NCBI GenBank assembly: GCA_964016885.1
Contig: OZ024742.1
Coordinates: 319,548,001-319,612,000, forward strand
Direction: 5' to 3'
Length of the DNA stretch: 64,000 nucleotides
DNA from: Eledone cirrhosa
Lineage: Eukaryota
Part shown: positions 26,341 through 39,543 of the stretch, piece after piece
Layout: each line of letters begins with the position of its first letter
Position numbering within the stretch: position 1 is the first letter of the stretch
Position numbers and translations under genes: made by a program
Notes under the pieces: model-generated
The model's database searches: none
The model's input: the letters and a program-made list of their open reading frames with translations, nothing else
Told to the model about the DNA's origin: nothing

Positions 26341-27110
26341 GTGCTGAGGTTGGGACAATTGACTGAATGTTTTCTTTTCAAAAATTTATATATCTTATTA
26401 ATAAGGAACTACTACTTCTGCTGCTACTACTATTACAATAGCCTCTACTACTACTACTACTACTACTACAGATTGCAAGAGTTAATAATTTTGCTGCATT
26501 TGTGTGTATCTGTTACTTTGTTGGAATGGGGAACATAAAACAAAAGGTTAATAATAAGAACTTTTGGTTTATAATGTTTAGAATTTATTTATATCAGTAA
26601 GAGAGCACACATTCCCACATTGGCATTTTATCTGTTCTTGCCTTTTGAGAAAATTTGAACTAAAATTAAGGGCAAAAGAAAATAGAAAAAAGAATGGGTT
26701 ATATTATACATGAGTACACCTTTTCAGAAATGTTTACTGAACTCGAAAACATCCATTTCAAACGGCAAGGTTGCAAATATGTGTTGATAACAACATCCTG
26801 TTGTTTTATATTCTGTAATGTCATGTGAAACTGAATATTGTAGTGAAATATATGTTTGCGATTGAATTTTGATGAATAACGACACAAGTTTACAAAAAAA
26901 TTTACACCAACATGGCTATACTCAGAGGTTGTATTATATTTATTCCATCTTTTTCCCTTATACACAAATATGTACATTCCTGCTATTTCAAGCTTAAACT
27001 AATATACTCCTTTCATATACTGTACCGTTTGTGTTATTTCTGTTTGCCTTTTACACACAGACACACTCACACATGCATAACTACGCATGCACACACACAC
27101 ACACAAAGCG

Positions 27111-27310
27111 TAAGGCTGGATTCGAAATACTCTTTTAAAGTGGCAAAATCATAATACGTATTTTCTATGAATCTATTCTCTGTTTATGTTTGCTGTAATC
27201 CTGTAATTGGTTACCTACACTTTGCAATTTACACCTGATGATGTAGCCAGGCCATAGAAATACATATTGTGATTTTGTTACATTAAAAGAATATTTGGAG
27301 TCCAGCCTTA
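27111..27310. mobile_element. MITE with ~58-bp imperfect TIRs
   Basis: TAAGGCTGGATTCGAAATACTCTTTTAAAGTGGCAAAATCATAATACGTATT vs reverse complement of the right end TAAGGCTGGACTCCAAATATTCTTTTAATGTAACAAAATCACAATATGTATT. Confidence 0.8.
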
Positions 27311-28116
27311 TGTTTCCTTTTAGATATTTTACTCTGTTCTTACACCAACCAGGAAATACCATATCTACAATGGATAATTTGCATAACATTATGTACTTCA
27401 GCATATTACATCATGATTTGCTAACCGGGATGACCAGATCTACGTATATGTTAAGCCATCTTACATAAATGGTGTTAGGAAGGGCACCCAATTGTAAAAT
27501 ACCCAGCCAAATTTAGTCCTTGCCAGAGTAAGTTGCGGTACATGGCCAACCCTGGCCAGACTTGACTCTTGGTGTGGACATCCTGTCTAACTCATGCAAG
27601 CGTGGAAAAAAATTGACGTTAAAACAGTGATTTTTATGTATGTATATATATATATATATATATATAATCAAAATTCTAAACTTGTTTAGTGCTTTCAGGT
27701 ATGCTATATATCATTACACAGTTAGTTAAAAATATAATTTTACAATTAACATGTGCAAATAAAGAGAAAAGAAAAGGAAGATTATAGTATAACATCATTG
27801 GAAGCAGCAAAAAAAAAAAAAAAAAAAGAAAAGTATAAATATTACAAAATACACTAAAACTAATTCCTGTATGGCAAAACTGGAGGTTCCGTAGTGTTTC
27901 CAGATGTAGTTCTATAACCATTTTTGTATCATAGAACCAAGGATGGTTTTAGGCAGTTTGGTATCAAAAGGGATAGTGGCCAAGTTCTCCTCCCAGATCA
28001 CACTCTTCTATCTGTAAGAACATATTTGATAATGTAATCTTGTATGTACTAAAAAAAAATAGTGTATTCATGGTTAAAATGTCTTTGAATATAATGTCCT
28101 TTCAACTTGGAATTAA

Positions 28117-28302
28117 CCTTTTAGCATTTACATTATTCTATATTTACTATTGCATATTGATGGTAAAGTCTATGAGATTTTGATGATGCTATTGTTTATT
28201 TTAAGAACGATATCTTAACATCAATGTGAGCTGCTGGTTATGGCCTGTTACAAAAAGAGGAAAGAATTCTGGCTGGATACAGCTGGTTTAAATGCTTAAG
28301 GG
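28117..28302. mobile_element. piggyBac-type MITE
   Basis: TTAA|CCTTTTAGCATTTA ... TAAATGCTTAAGGG|TTAA. A related end occurs at about 6298-6350. Confidence 0.72.
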
Positions 28303-28633
28303 TTAAACAACTACAACTCCCTTTCTTGTAAAAGTTTGACTCTAAAAATATATGTTACGGAAATAGATATTGTAAACGATCTAACCTAGCTGCCTACCCA
28401 CTGCAAAAATACCTTTGATGTTATTGATGATGATCCATGCCTTGCCTTACATAAAACATGAAAGAGAAACATTCCTTGTATCTTGCTTCCCTAAGCCCAC
28501 ATCAGCACTACAGAGAAATATAGGGTTTAATGCTTCCAACTGCATTAGTAATTAGTATATTTTTTCTTCTTTAGTTACTATGTAATGAACCAAGGTCTCT
28601 CTCTCTCTCTCTCTCTCTCCTCACACACATATA

Positions 28634-29395
28634 TGAGGCTTGTCCTAAAAGTAAGGATACTGATGTTTTATTTAAATGTATATTAGACGTACATGAATTT
28701 ACAAGTTATCTCTTTCAAAATACGATGGTTCCAACGTTTTTTTCTTTTTCTTCCATTAATTGTAGCAATACTGAAAGTCATTTTCTATGAGTGTCTTTAT
28801 CTTGCCGGTTACAATTTTTTGTATGTTTTCCACTGTCCCAAAATGATGACCTTTTAACTTCAATTTCAACTTAGGGAAGAGGTAGAAATTGCACGACACT
28901 AGATCTGGGCTGAAGGGAGTATGTGGAAGAGTGGGAATGTTTTTCTTCACCAGAAATTTTCTAATTGAAAGTGTTGTGTGAGCAAGTGTGTTAACGTGGT
29001 GCAGTACTCAATTTCCTGCAATGTCTTTTTGGACTAGCTGAACCTGTTTTCAAAATTGTTTTAAGACATCTTTGTAGAAGGTGCGATTAACTGTTTGCCC
29101 AGGGGGTAAAATTTCTTTGTGAACACACGGCTGTCAAAAAAATAATGATAATCATTGTTTTCACCTTGAATCTGTTCATGTGTGCTTTCTTTGGTCATCA
29201 CCTATGATTCATCTTTATCCAAGAAATTTGGCTCAATTTCTAGCAAATCCTGATAAATTTCCAATCAGTTCGCTTTTAGCTCCACAGACAAGTTTTTGAA
29301 CATAAGTTTTACACAAATTTTTCACATGTGCAAATGGTCTGTTAAAATTCTATGAACAGCATTTTTATTCAAGCCTGTTCGACAATCATCCTTAA
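28634..29395 (-). mobile_element. Decayed mariner transposon (3' half)
   Basis: LPHTPFSPDLVSCNFYLFPKLKLKLKGHHF is a YSPDLAPxD-type motif. TIR-like TGAGGCTTGTCCTAAAAGTAAGG follows a TA. Confidence 0.8.
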
Positions 29396-30382
29396 CTTTA
29401 TATATATATAAAGGTAAAATGCAGATTAACACAGATAAGCGATACACCTCTGTATGCTGAAATAAGCCTCGTTATAGGATATTCTACCCTGTACTTGGAA
29501 AACCCAAAACGATATATACTCATGCTAGCATGGAAGATGAACGTTAAACGATGATGATGATATATATATAAAATAGTGCTAGTGCCTCAATAAATGCTCC
29601 TATTATGCTCTGTAAAGTGAACAAGACGTGTTTCCTTCAGCCTGTCTTGTCTCGAACTATAACTCATCCACCTTATGGCACCTTATAATGATGGTGATGA
29701 GGATATATATATTTATTGTGAGTTCATTCTGTAAGAAATTGTTTAATTATAGAGAATGGCCTGTCCATTCAAAATGACTTGGGAATTCATTGATAAATTT
29801 CCTACCGAAAGACTTTGAACTTTGTATTTAATAGTAAAATATTCCACTTTGATCTTCGCCAAAAGGCAAATAATTAATAAATGTGATTGTGTACGTTGCT
29901 TGCTAAAAATGGTGGGTCACAACGCTTTATATAAGTACTTAGACACTTCTGCTGGCAAAAATGACAGCTTTTAAACTTATATATAACATGTTTTTGATTG
30001 GTTCACTGAAAGGTTGGCACACCGATCTAAAATGAGGAGGCATCAGTTTAATTGTTGTTTACTTTAAGTATGGAAAGATATTGAAGTGATAGCTGAGATG
30101 TAAATAATTTCATTATTGAATACTTTTGTTCTGTCAATGCAAACATATATTTTGATAGTGATGAGTATCTTTGAAAAGCAGGTTCGTTTTTAAGTTTATG
30201 TGATGTCAATAATTTGGTCAAGCTGTTGTGTTTTGTTTGTTTTATCTGGTTTGTATAATATCATTTTCTTTATAACCAAAAAACTACATTTTATTCTTAA
30301 TTTTCTTAAGAACTAATTTGAAATAATTTTAATATTGATAGCGTGATCTTAATTTCTTTTCTCTTTTCTTTTTCCTTTCAAG

Positions 30383-30695
30383 GATGAGGTCGTTGTTGAG
30401 AGCACAGAGTCGTCATCGCCGGTGGTACAGCAGTCAGTGCCGGCATCATCATCATCTACATCATCATCTACATCGTCATCATCATTATCATCATCATCAT
30501 CATCATCATTATCACCTCCAACACCACCACCACCACCACAACAACAGCAGACAAACCCTACAGTTGATTGTAGGGAACTGCATGTGGATGAGGTAGCATT
30601 GCTGTCTTCTGGTGCTGCCATCATTAAAGATGGTGAGACTCCAGAAATGGCACTGCTGAAGGCAGCTATTGGGAAGGACAAGAAGAAAGACAAAG
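30383..30695 (+). CDS. Internal coding exon A of an unidentified host gene (Ser/Pro/Gln-rich), phase 0 to phase 1
   Basis: Long polypyrimidine tract with TTCAAG| acceptor. Open frame DEVVVESTESSSPVVQQSVPASSS..VDCRELHVDEVALLSSGAAIIKDGETPEMALLKAAIGKDKKKDK. Donor AAG|GTGATT. GC-richer than its flanks. Confidence 0.75.
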
Positions 30696-30738
30696 GTGAT
30701 TATTATTATTATTATTATTATCATTAATAAAGAAATCA

Positions 30739-30740
<2 letters not shown>

Positions 30741-30783
<43 letters not shown>

Positions 30784-31455
30784 TTTGAGTCTCAGTAATT
30801 GATGTTCTTTAACTGGAAAGTTTGTTCAAATGAATATCAAGCCGCTACCTGCAGCCTCAGATATTCAGGATGTATCAAAGGGTTCTTGCTGTTCCCAGCA
30901 AGTATGCCCTTTGAAGTGTTCCAAAAAAATGGGGCTGGACTAATGTTCTTTAACCATCCTTGAAAACTCTTTGAGATAGTACCTAGTGCTCCTATGACAA
31001 ATCCTTTTTAACTCCCACTTTAAATCCTGGTATCGGTTAATTTTCTCCTTCTCATCAAAGGGGCAGGCTACATCTTCAATCAGGCATGATATTTTTTCCT
31101 TGTCAAAAACCACCAGGTCAGGCCTATTGTGTTCTAATTTCTTGTCCGTCTGTATCCTGAAATTAGATAATTTTCTATCACCGGCTCTGGCTTACGCTCA
31201 TACCACTTCTCAGAATGTAATAAATTGTTTAGTTTGCATAAATGCCAGTGAATCACCTTTCCTATCACATCATGTCTCCAGCCTTTATAGTGAGTCCGGG
31301 CTAGGTGTTTACACGCAGATATGATATGAGCCACAGCCTCCTCTCTCTCTCCACAGATCCTACACAGTGAGCTACTTCCTCCTTGTCAATATGGTGTTTC
31401 ACCCTCTTCGTTCTGAGGGCTTGCTCTTGTGCAGCCATTAATATTCCTTCTGTAG
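30741..31455 (-). mobile_element. RLE-type non-LTR retrotransposon 3' remnant (R4/Dong- or NeSL-like) with (AAT)n tail
   Basis: MAAQEQALRT, CCHC knuckle CRICGEREEAVAHIISAC, RHD motif, and endonuclease IQTDKKLEHNRPDLVVFDKEKISCLIEDVACP. Confidence 0.88.
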
Positions 31456-31457
31456 CT

Positions 31458-32660
31458 TTTTTATTATTGTTATTATTATCATCATCATCTCTTATTTCTA
31501 TTGTGTCACATCAGTGCATTATCAAGCACAGCTCTGTGTGCCTTGGGTATGTGCAGTACTGTTTTTGATGGCATTGTTTCTATTGTATTGAGAGTACTCT
31601 TCATAATGTGGGTGCAGTGTCTAGTGGTGCTATTTTCTGTATATTGTATATATTTGTAAGTCCTGGGATTTTGGTTATGTATCTGTCTGTGTGTTTTATA
31701 TATCATTCCCAGAGCACCTATTATTATAGGGCTTGTTTCTGCTTTTATGATCCACATTCAGGCTATTTCTATCTTCATATCTTTATATTTGGATAATGTC
31801 TCCATATGCTTGATTGATATATTGCCATCTGTGGGGACTGATATATCAATTAGAAGATATGTTTTTCTTTGTTGTCTTTGATTATAATATCTGGTCAGTT
31901 GGCTTTCATCTTCCTATCTGTGTGTATTAGCTTATTCCAGAGTATACTTGCTTTGCCATTCTCTGACATATTTTCTGAAGTGTGTTTGTACAACATTTTT
32001 CTGTTGGTATTTCATAGTGTTTGCATAATGTCTAGTGTATGTCAATCCCAACTCTATCATCACTGTGGATGTATTCTTTTTTGGCTGACTGGGTAACCAG
32101 AGACAATGTATTTGTTTCTCCCCCACCACAACATATTCTGCAGTTACATACTGTGTTTTTCTTCATTATGTACTTTTGATCTTGTGCTGCAATTCTTTTA
32201 GTCTAGCACTTCTTGGCCATTTTGTGAGTTTTGCTTATCCACTTCCTCCCTATTCAGCTTTTTGGGGTATTGGCCATGCAGGGGCTTTTCTTCCCATCAT
32301 TTTAGCATGGCCTTCTGAAGATCTGTTTTCAATTTAGATTTTACCTTTTTAACAATTTCTGTTGTTTCTTTGTTTTATTTATATTTTACCACTGTATTTA
32401 TTTTCCATTATTCTTCATTAGATATTTGTGTAGTCATACAGTGGTTATTTTGTAATAGTCTAGTTGCACAAGGTCCCTTCCTCCTTTTGTTCATGATAGG
32501 TATACTTTTTCTACATTTGTTTTTGGTGTGGTTTATTTAGAATGCACTCATTATTATTTTTTTTTTTTTTCATATTCTTCTGTCTAGTCCTTGATAGTTC
32601 TTTTAGTTTCCAATTCAGAATATTAAAACTTTAGTTTATTACTGAGATCACTAGAGTGTT
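31458..32660 (-). mobile_element. Second RLE-type non-LTR remnant, different subfamily
   Basis: IHTDRKMKAN*PDIIIKDNKEK, LIDISVPTD and PIIIGALGMI segments. Tail is (GAT)/(AAT) at about 31460-31490. Confidence 0.85.
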
Positions 32661-35407
32661 GTCGGCTATAACCTTATTTATGTTTATTATTTATTTATTT
32701 ATTTATTTATTTATCAATCATTTACTAACCCAGGTGTTACCTTCTGAGCCTGAAAAGTTTAACTCCATTTTTCTTGTCTATTACTGTTTCTCATATTTGA
32801 TATCTAATTTAATTACTCTTATGGAATCTGATCCTTTGATATTTTCTTCCATATTGGCAGAATTAGCAGGGTTGTTAGAACATTGGACACAAAATGCCTT
32901 TGTGGTAGTTGGTCTGACTTTCTGAACTTAGTTCAAATCCTGCTGAGGTTAACTTTACCTTTCATCCTTTTATGGTCAATAAAATAAAGTACTAGCCCAG
33001 GGAAGTAGATTGATTGTGGCCTTCTTAGGTGGTAAATTTAAGCCATTGTCTGGTTTAATACCACCACCACAAAGCTTTTAGGTGTCTTTAACACTTTGTA
33101 TATTTGTTCTTGCTCTTTGCATTTTGAGTTAAAATTCCACTGTGTTCTACTTGGATAGTAGATTTAATATGTTGCTTGGTTTAACATCGGCATCTTGAGT
33201 ACCTTGTTGAAAATACTTGGGTTAGGGCTTTGGCTTGGGAATAACCTTTCTTCCTCTCAACAACCTCAGTGACTTTGAAAAGAGTCAGAGGAACTGTCCT
33301 TCACCTCTTTACTTTTTTTTTTTTTTTCAGTATTAATAATTTGTACAAGATTTCTATTGTTTCTCTGCAAAAAGATTTGTTTTTAAACAAAATTATTCCT
33401 GACTTATAACATTGTTAATCTACTAATAAATCTGCCATATTTAGTATGAGTAACAATAGTAATCCTGCTAGAAGCACATACATATGTAAACAAACACATA
33501 AACCATTGACAAACTTGACAATGTTATCTGACTGAGTTTCCATTGTTCCTTTCTTTCTTCCTTTCCTTATTTCCACCTCCTTTATTTATTGTAAAGAATG
33601 TTACTTAAAATTGCTTTAGTTTTAGTTTACAATTTGATTTCAATGCAATCCATTGTACAGCTCATCATGTGTGAAAACACTACATCCCTCCCATTATTAT
33701 GCTATATATGCTAATGTTAAAATTTAGTGTGAATTTGATCTAAACATTTAATTTCAATTTCACATGTTACTGAAAGTAAATTAAAGAAAAAAATTATCTC
33801 TTACACATTCTTTTATTCTTTTACTAATTTTAGTCATTGAGCTTTGGCTAGGCTTCGGTACTGCCTCCAATGATTTTACCTGATTTTATTGTCCGTGACA
33901 CTCACCCTCCCTTTCTGCTCATAACTTGGTATTTGTTTCAATAAAAAATAAATAAATAAATAAAAGGCAAGTCATCCTTGATGTAAAGAGAGATAACTTG
34001 GTCAGACCTAAATACTTTGGTGTATTTGTTCGACACATCAGTGTTTATCATTCTTTGGTAATACATAATACATGCGTATATACACACATGCTTTATGCTC
34101 AGTTTCTGTCCGTCAGATTTCACTCACTAAATATTGACTGCTTCAGGTTTATATTAGAAGATAGTTGCTTAAGGTGTCATGCAATGGGACTGAACTCAAA
34201 AACAAGTTGCTCTAAAACAAACTTAGCTATATGGCCATGCCCATAGGTAATTAAAAAAAATTGCATAGCCAGAAAATGATGTTGAAATACATCAGGTTGT
34301 TCTGTGTAAATCTAACTTTCCTTTTCAGTAGGAAATAACCACCACCACCACATAGTGGTTAATACTTACTCTTAACTCACTCCCTACACCGATTTATCTT
34401 CTCCAACATGTTCTGTGCAAAACTCTCCTGCTTTCAGTTCAGTGTTAAACTCATTTCCATTATCGGTTACTCTTAATATTCTGCACTGCATGAAACCAGA
34501 TTGTTGAAAACCAGAAGCCAAATTGTTGAAAAGAACAAAGTAGCACTACAACTAGCTCACAATAAACATTAAAGTCTTAAGTTTACTGCAAATGTTTGCA
34601 ATGGTCTGTCCACTAGTAAAGATACTACAAAATTTTGAAATAACAACCCTGTCTTTAAATATTTTCTATGAAATCATTTAAATCATTACAGGACGTTAAG
34701 AGTTCAGTTTTCTCTCTTCTATTGACCTCTATCTGTCCTTCAAGTGCTAATTTCCAGTGTCAAGCTATTTCTTCTGTTCAGTTTTAAATTCATTGAAACA
34801 TTGAAGTTAAAGGTTAAACTGTTTCCAAGCCCAGATGCTTATAAGAATGGAGTTTATTCCAGTTTCATTGATGTTACAGAACTGAAAGTACAGGCCTTTC
34901 CCTAGATGGAACAACAGTCCATCTCAAGGTTTAACCCCCAGCTTATGAACTGGAACAACATGAAATAGTATCTTGCTCAAAAACATAACCAAATTGCTGT
35001 CTGATTCAAGTATCAAACTCATGACCTTACAGATGTGAGCCCAACACCCTAATAACTATGCTATATGCCATTCAAAATACAACACTTAATCCTTGTAGTT
35101 AATACTATACCTAATTCACACATTGGCAGTAGATACTTGGAATTTTTTTAATTCTCCCAATAATTTGTGTAAAATATTTTCATTAACTACCGTATGTGAA
35201 GATACAAAATAGGTGCAATAAATAAAATAAGGTAGCCTGCCAAAGTTGTTAGATTATTGGATTGTATGCCTTGTGATATTTATTCCAGTTCTTTGAGTCA
35301 TGAGTTCAAATCTTAATTTGGTCACCCAGTTTAACTCAAGTGCCTGGCTCTTGGGCACTTTAACCAGCAGAGCCCACTCTGCTGATTAAGGCCAGATCTC
35401 CAGTTTG

Positions 35408-35532
<125 letters not shown>

Positions 35533-36451
35533 GTTTTCTGAAAATTTCCATGTGTATTGTTTTTCTCCTGAGTAAGAAAGGAAATATTTATGCAATAAGA
35601 ATAAATTCTTGTTTTACAAGCATTTGTAATAAACGCATTAAACATGTACTGAATGAAAAGACTCATAAAGGGACTGTTTATTTCAAATAAGATTTGTAGA
35701 AGTTTCCCACTTATCAAAACAATAAGAATATGTAGTTATCATTAGTTGGGGAAAGTTAGTACAATACAAGCTAGAATACAAAAGTATGTATGTGTGTGTG
35801 TGTGTGTGTGTATGAGAGAGAGAGAGAGAGAGAGAAAACTGCTTTTTCTTTTGCAAAATTGGGAGGTCTATACTTTAACCTTTTTCATATCAAACCACAT
35901 GAAGCTTTAATCCTTTTTGACACCAACCTACCCAAAACCACTTCTTGTTCTATGAAACAAAACCATCCATTTTAAAGGGTTTCTATGTAAAATAAAACCT
36001 AACATAATTTTATTTTTGTTATGTTACAAATACCATCTTAATAATGAAATAATTAATAATTTTTGTAAATACCTCCAAATTATTCAGTAACTGATTGAAA
36101 TACAGTATATTAGAAATACAAAGTGTTTATTATTTTTCTAAAAACCATCAGTCACAATTATATGCAAGCGTGGAAGATGGACGTTAAACGATGGTGATGA
36201 TGAATACTTAAAAGCATTCTATAACTTATGCTCCAAACATCAGCTTAGTAATGTGAAAGTTACATTATTAAAATCCTCTAAATTCTTGATTATTTTCAAA
36301 ACTATTTGAAATGGTAGGCAGTGTCTTTCATTAGAAATACGGTTATAAAAGGATTAAATATAAAATATCTTATGGTGAAAATATTCATCTACCTGACATG
36401 TATTAGGTATTGTTGGTGGATCACATTTTCCTTCAGATCAGTTATTTATTA

Positions 36452-37335
36452 CAATGGTTGGCTGAAAAGTTCATAGGCTGACCAAGACGCTCTCATAGAA
36501 TATGACCAAACAAAGTTTATTTTTCAGCATCGCCCCCCCCCCCCCCCCACCCCCAGTCCACACACTTCTTCCATCACTGTTGCAGTTTTTGGATCCCATT
36601 GGTGAAAAAGCTTTCATCCTGTGGTAAAAAAAGTCATCATCAGCAGATATGGCATCATCATCATTGCGACACTGGTTCCCAGCCAAGTGTGTTTTTTTCA
36701 TATCTGGGAACAAATGATAGTCAGATGGGGCCAAATCAGGAGAGTATGGAGGGTGATCAACTAGTTCAAAGCCACAGTCACACACAGTAATCCTTGAAAC
36801 CAAGAACTTGCTGGAACATTGTCCTGATGAAACAAGACACTTTTCATCAGTTATCCTGGGTGTTTGGTTTTGATAGCTTTTCTTAACTGCCTCAACAAGT
36901 TGGCATAGTACTCTCCAATAATAGTGTGGCCCGTTTGAAGATAGTCAATAAACACAATGCCTTTTGTATCCCCAAAAACTAAGCCTATCACTTTCCCTGT
37001 AGATGAAACGACCTTGGCCTTCTTTGAAGAGGGCTGTTTCTACTGTATGGATTGTCTTTGTCTCTGACTCAAGTGATGAACCCAAAACTGGTCCTGGGTT
37101 AGGAAATGTTCAAGGAATCCAGCTGGATCTGCCTCAAACAATGTTAGATTTTCCCGTGATGTGATCAATCTGTTGCACTTTTGATCAGGTGTCAGAAGAC
37201 GTGACACACACTGACCAGAAACCTTCGTCATGTCAAGTTCATCGTACAGAATATTCACAACTCTTTCACGGGATATGCTAATGACATTAGCTATTTGATT
37301 TATTGTTAATCGCCTGTCATCCATTACCATGTCTT
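36452..37335 (-). mobile_element. Decayed mariner transposon
   Basis: DRRLTINQIA..ISRERV..IL, CVSRLLT (cf. WVPRLLT) and HPPYSPDLAPSDYHLFP. TIR-like CAATGGTTGGCTGAAAAGTTCATAGGCTGAC follows a TA. Confidence 0.88.
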
Positions 37336-37934
37336 GCATCAACTTTCCATGTAAGCATGAGTTGGACAGGTTGTTATAGTCAAAGTTAGTTAATGCTTTC
37401 CTAAATGGGTTGGAGGGCCATGCCCCCACTCATAAGTTCCTAGAAATAAAATATGAAAAATGGCAGTTAGATATAGCAACATTAAGATAGTTATTCATTT
37501 TGTAAAAGCATCTTTACCAATAAGTTGGGCAGTATCATTTTGGAAGAAAGTTAATCTATCAAAATAAAATTAAATGAAATACAAGTGTGAATATTTAGAT
37601 ACAGTTTAATAGGTGGCTGAGTCGAGTGTCTTGTGGTATTTATTCATATCTAACTTCAAATCCCCATCATGGTTAACTTTACCTTTCATTTTTTCCAAGT
37701 CAATAAAATAAAATAAAGTACCAATTCAAAACAATATATTGGTAGATTCAAAGACTAAGATATTTTTTACTATTAATAATCTACAGATACCTCAGCTAGT
37801 GCTTTTCTATTTCGTATTTCTCACTATTGAAAAATATAGCTTCAGAAGATAGAACGGTTGAGTTGATAAAGTATTAGTCTTGTTACATGTGACTTTGTAT
37901 CTATAGTACTCATGTAGGCAAGTTTTTAAGTAAA

Positions 37935-38200
37935 TCATCATCATTCTCAGTCATTATCTGCCACTGCAAGGCAGAAGGTTCCCCAAACCAGTGCTAATTG
38001 TGTCTATCTTATCCTACTCTCATTCATGTAACACCCATAAACTTGTCTATCTCATCTCTTCATTTCGTCTTCTGTTTTTCTTGATGTTGTGAACTTGTCC
38101 TTCTTTGTCTTCCTTATGTACATAGATTTTTTTTCCATCTGCTATCATTCATTCGTGCCACATGCTCTGCTCACTTCCAGTTTCCTTAATATGTTGTATT
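37935..38200 (-). mobile_element. Decayed RTE-clade 3' end with (GAT)n tail
   Basis: Minus strand TGGAAGTGAGCAGAGCATGTGGCACGA resembles WKWAGHVAR. ATCATCATC marks the end. Confidence 0.5.
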
Positions 38201-38774
38201 TTTGTTTACTTTCTTATTCATTGACAAAGTTTTTTGTCCATTTTAATTATTCCTAACATATACCTTTCTATACTTCATGTTGTTTTAAGCTTCTACTCCA
38301 TGTTTTTAGTCATCTACCATTAAGCAGGATATTTCACCCTTTTGATAACAAACTACTTGGAACTGCCCCACCCCACCCCAGTTTTACAAACATTTTAAAG
38401 AAAACAAAGCTGTTTATTTTTAAATATTTATATTTATCTGAAAACCTTCCATCATAGTTTTATGTAAGAGCTTTTTAGTTGTTCCAAACACTAGATAAAT
38501 AATAATCACACCAACATAATTTCACAGGTGCTAGTTTTCTATATTTATATTAAATACCACCATGTCAATATAATTTATCAAATGTAAACTGGAATAATAC
38601 ATAGACTGGATGTAAATGAGTTGAGAAAGTAACAGGATATAACAGGTAACAGTTGTTTATTAATGTTGTTTAGCCCCAAGTCATCTGGGATAGAATTAAA
38701 CCTATAATCAAAGACATTCCAACCATGAGTGTTTAGTCAGCAAATTGTGATGAGGGAGATTTGATTGCTATTTG

Positions 38775-38989
38775 CTAACCCTTTGTAACCATTTTGAAAA
38801 TAATCGAGAATTTGGTGGCATCTAGTAAAATAACTAACTTTCTGATTATTAAGCTGGTATTTGGAACATAACATAAAGGTTCACACATAAAATTATGGAA
38901 GGTTTTTAGATAAATATAAACCCTTTAGAATAAACAGCTTTGTATCATATTAGGAACAGTTTCAGGTAGTTTGGCATCAAAAGAATTAA
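38775..38989 (-). mobile_element. piggyBac-type MITE copy (same family as 22322)
   Basis: Reverse complement of the family body; CTAACCCTTT at one end and AAAAGAATTAA at the other. Confidence 0.6.
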
Positions 38990-39381
38990 AGCTGTTTTTA
39001 AATCTGAATGGGAAGCAAGCACATTGAGGCTGGATCTATATGACACTACACAGAGTAGTAAGAGCTTAGCAGTTCATATTCTTTCTTCTAAGCCAAATTG
39101 TGACTTGAACTTTTTTTTATACAAAACCCCTTGAACCCCTTGGTTCTGTGATATGAAGCTGTTTGTTTTGAAATGTTTATATTTATTCAAAAACTTTGCA
39201 TCATTTCTTGTAAATAATTAAGTTCCAAACATAACCTTAATAATGAGAAAATCATATTACTAAATCTCTCAAAATTCTTGATTATTTTCAAAATCATTTG
39301 AAAATTATACACAGTGTCTTTCATTAAAAATATGGTAGTGAAATGGTTAATGAATAAACAGTTTTCAGCAGCTGACTCTTC

Positions 39382-39543
39382 CATACATTGTAGGTTGTGT
39401 AGGTCTTTGCTGTAAGTAGAAGTAAGACTATAAAATCCTCTACATGCTGTAGGTATTTGCTGTAAATAAAGTAATACTCTAAAGCCCTTCACACATTGTA
39501 GGTAGTGTAGGTATTTGCTGTAAGAGAAGTAAAACTATAAAAT
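39382..39543. repeat. Three diverged ~50-bp tandem units
   Basis: TGTAGGT(C/A)TTTGCTGTAA...AAGTAA.ACT.TAAA repeated three times. Confidence 0.75.

Noticed and set aside
26705-26925. Possible MITE with GAGTACACC / GGCTATACTC ends
   Set aside because: Inverted match too short and no TSD
30349-30693. Antisense poly-Asp ORF and alternative-frame poly-His ORF
   Set aside because: Shadows of the (TCA)n repeat; splice signals support only the poly-Ser frame on +
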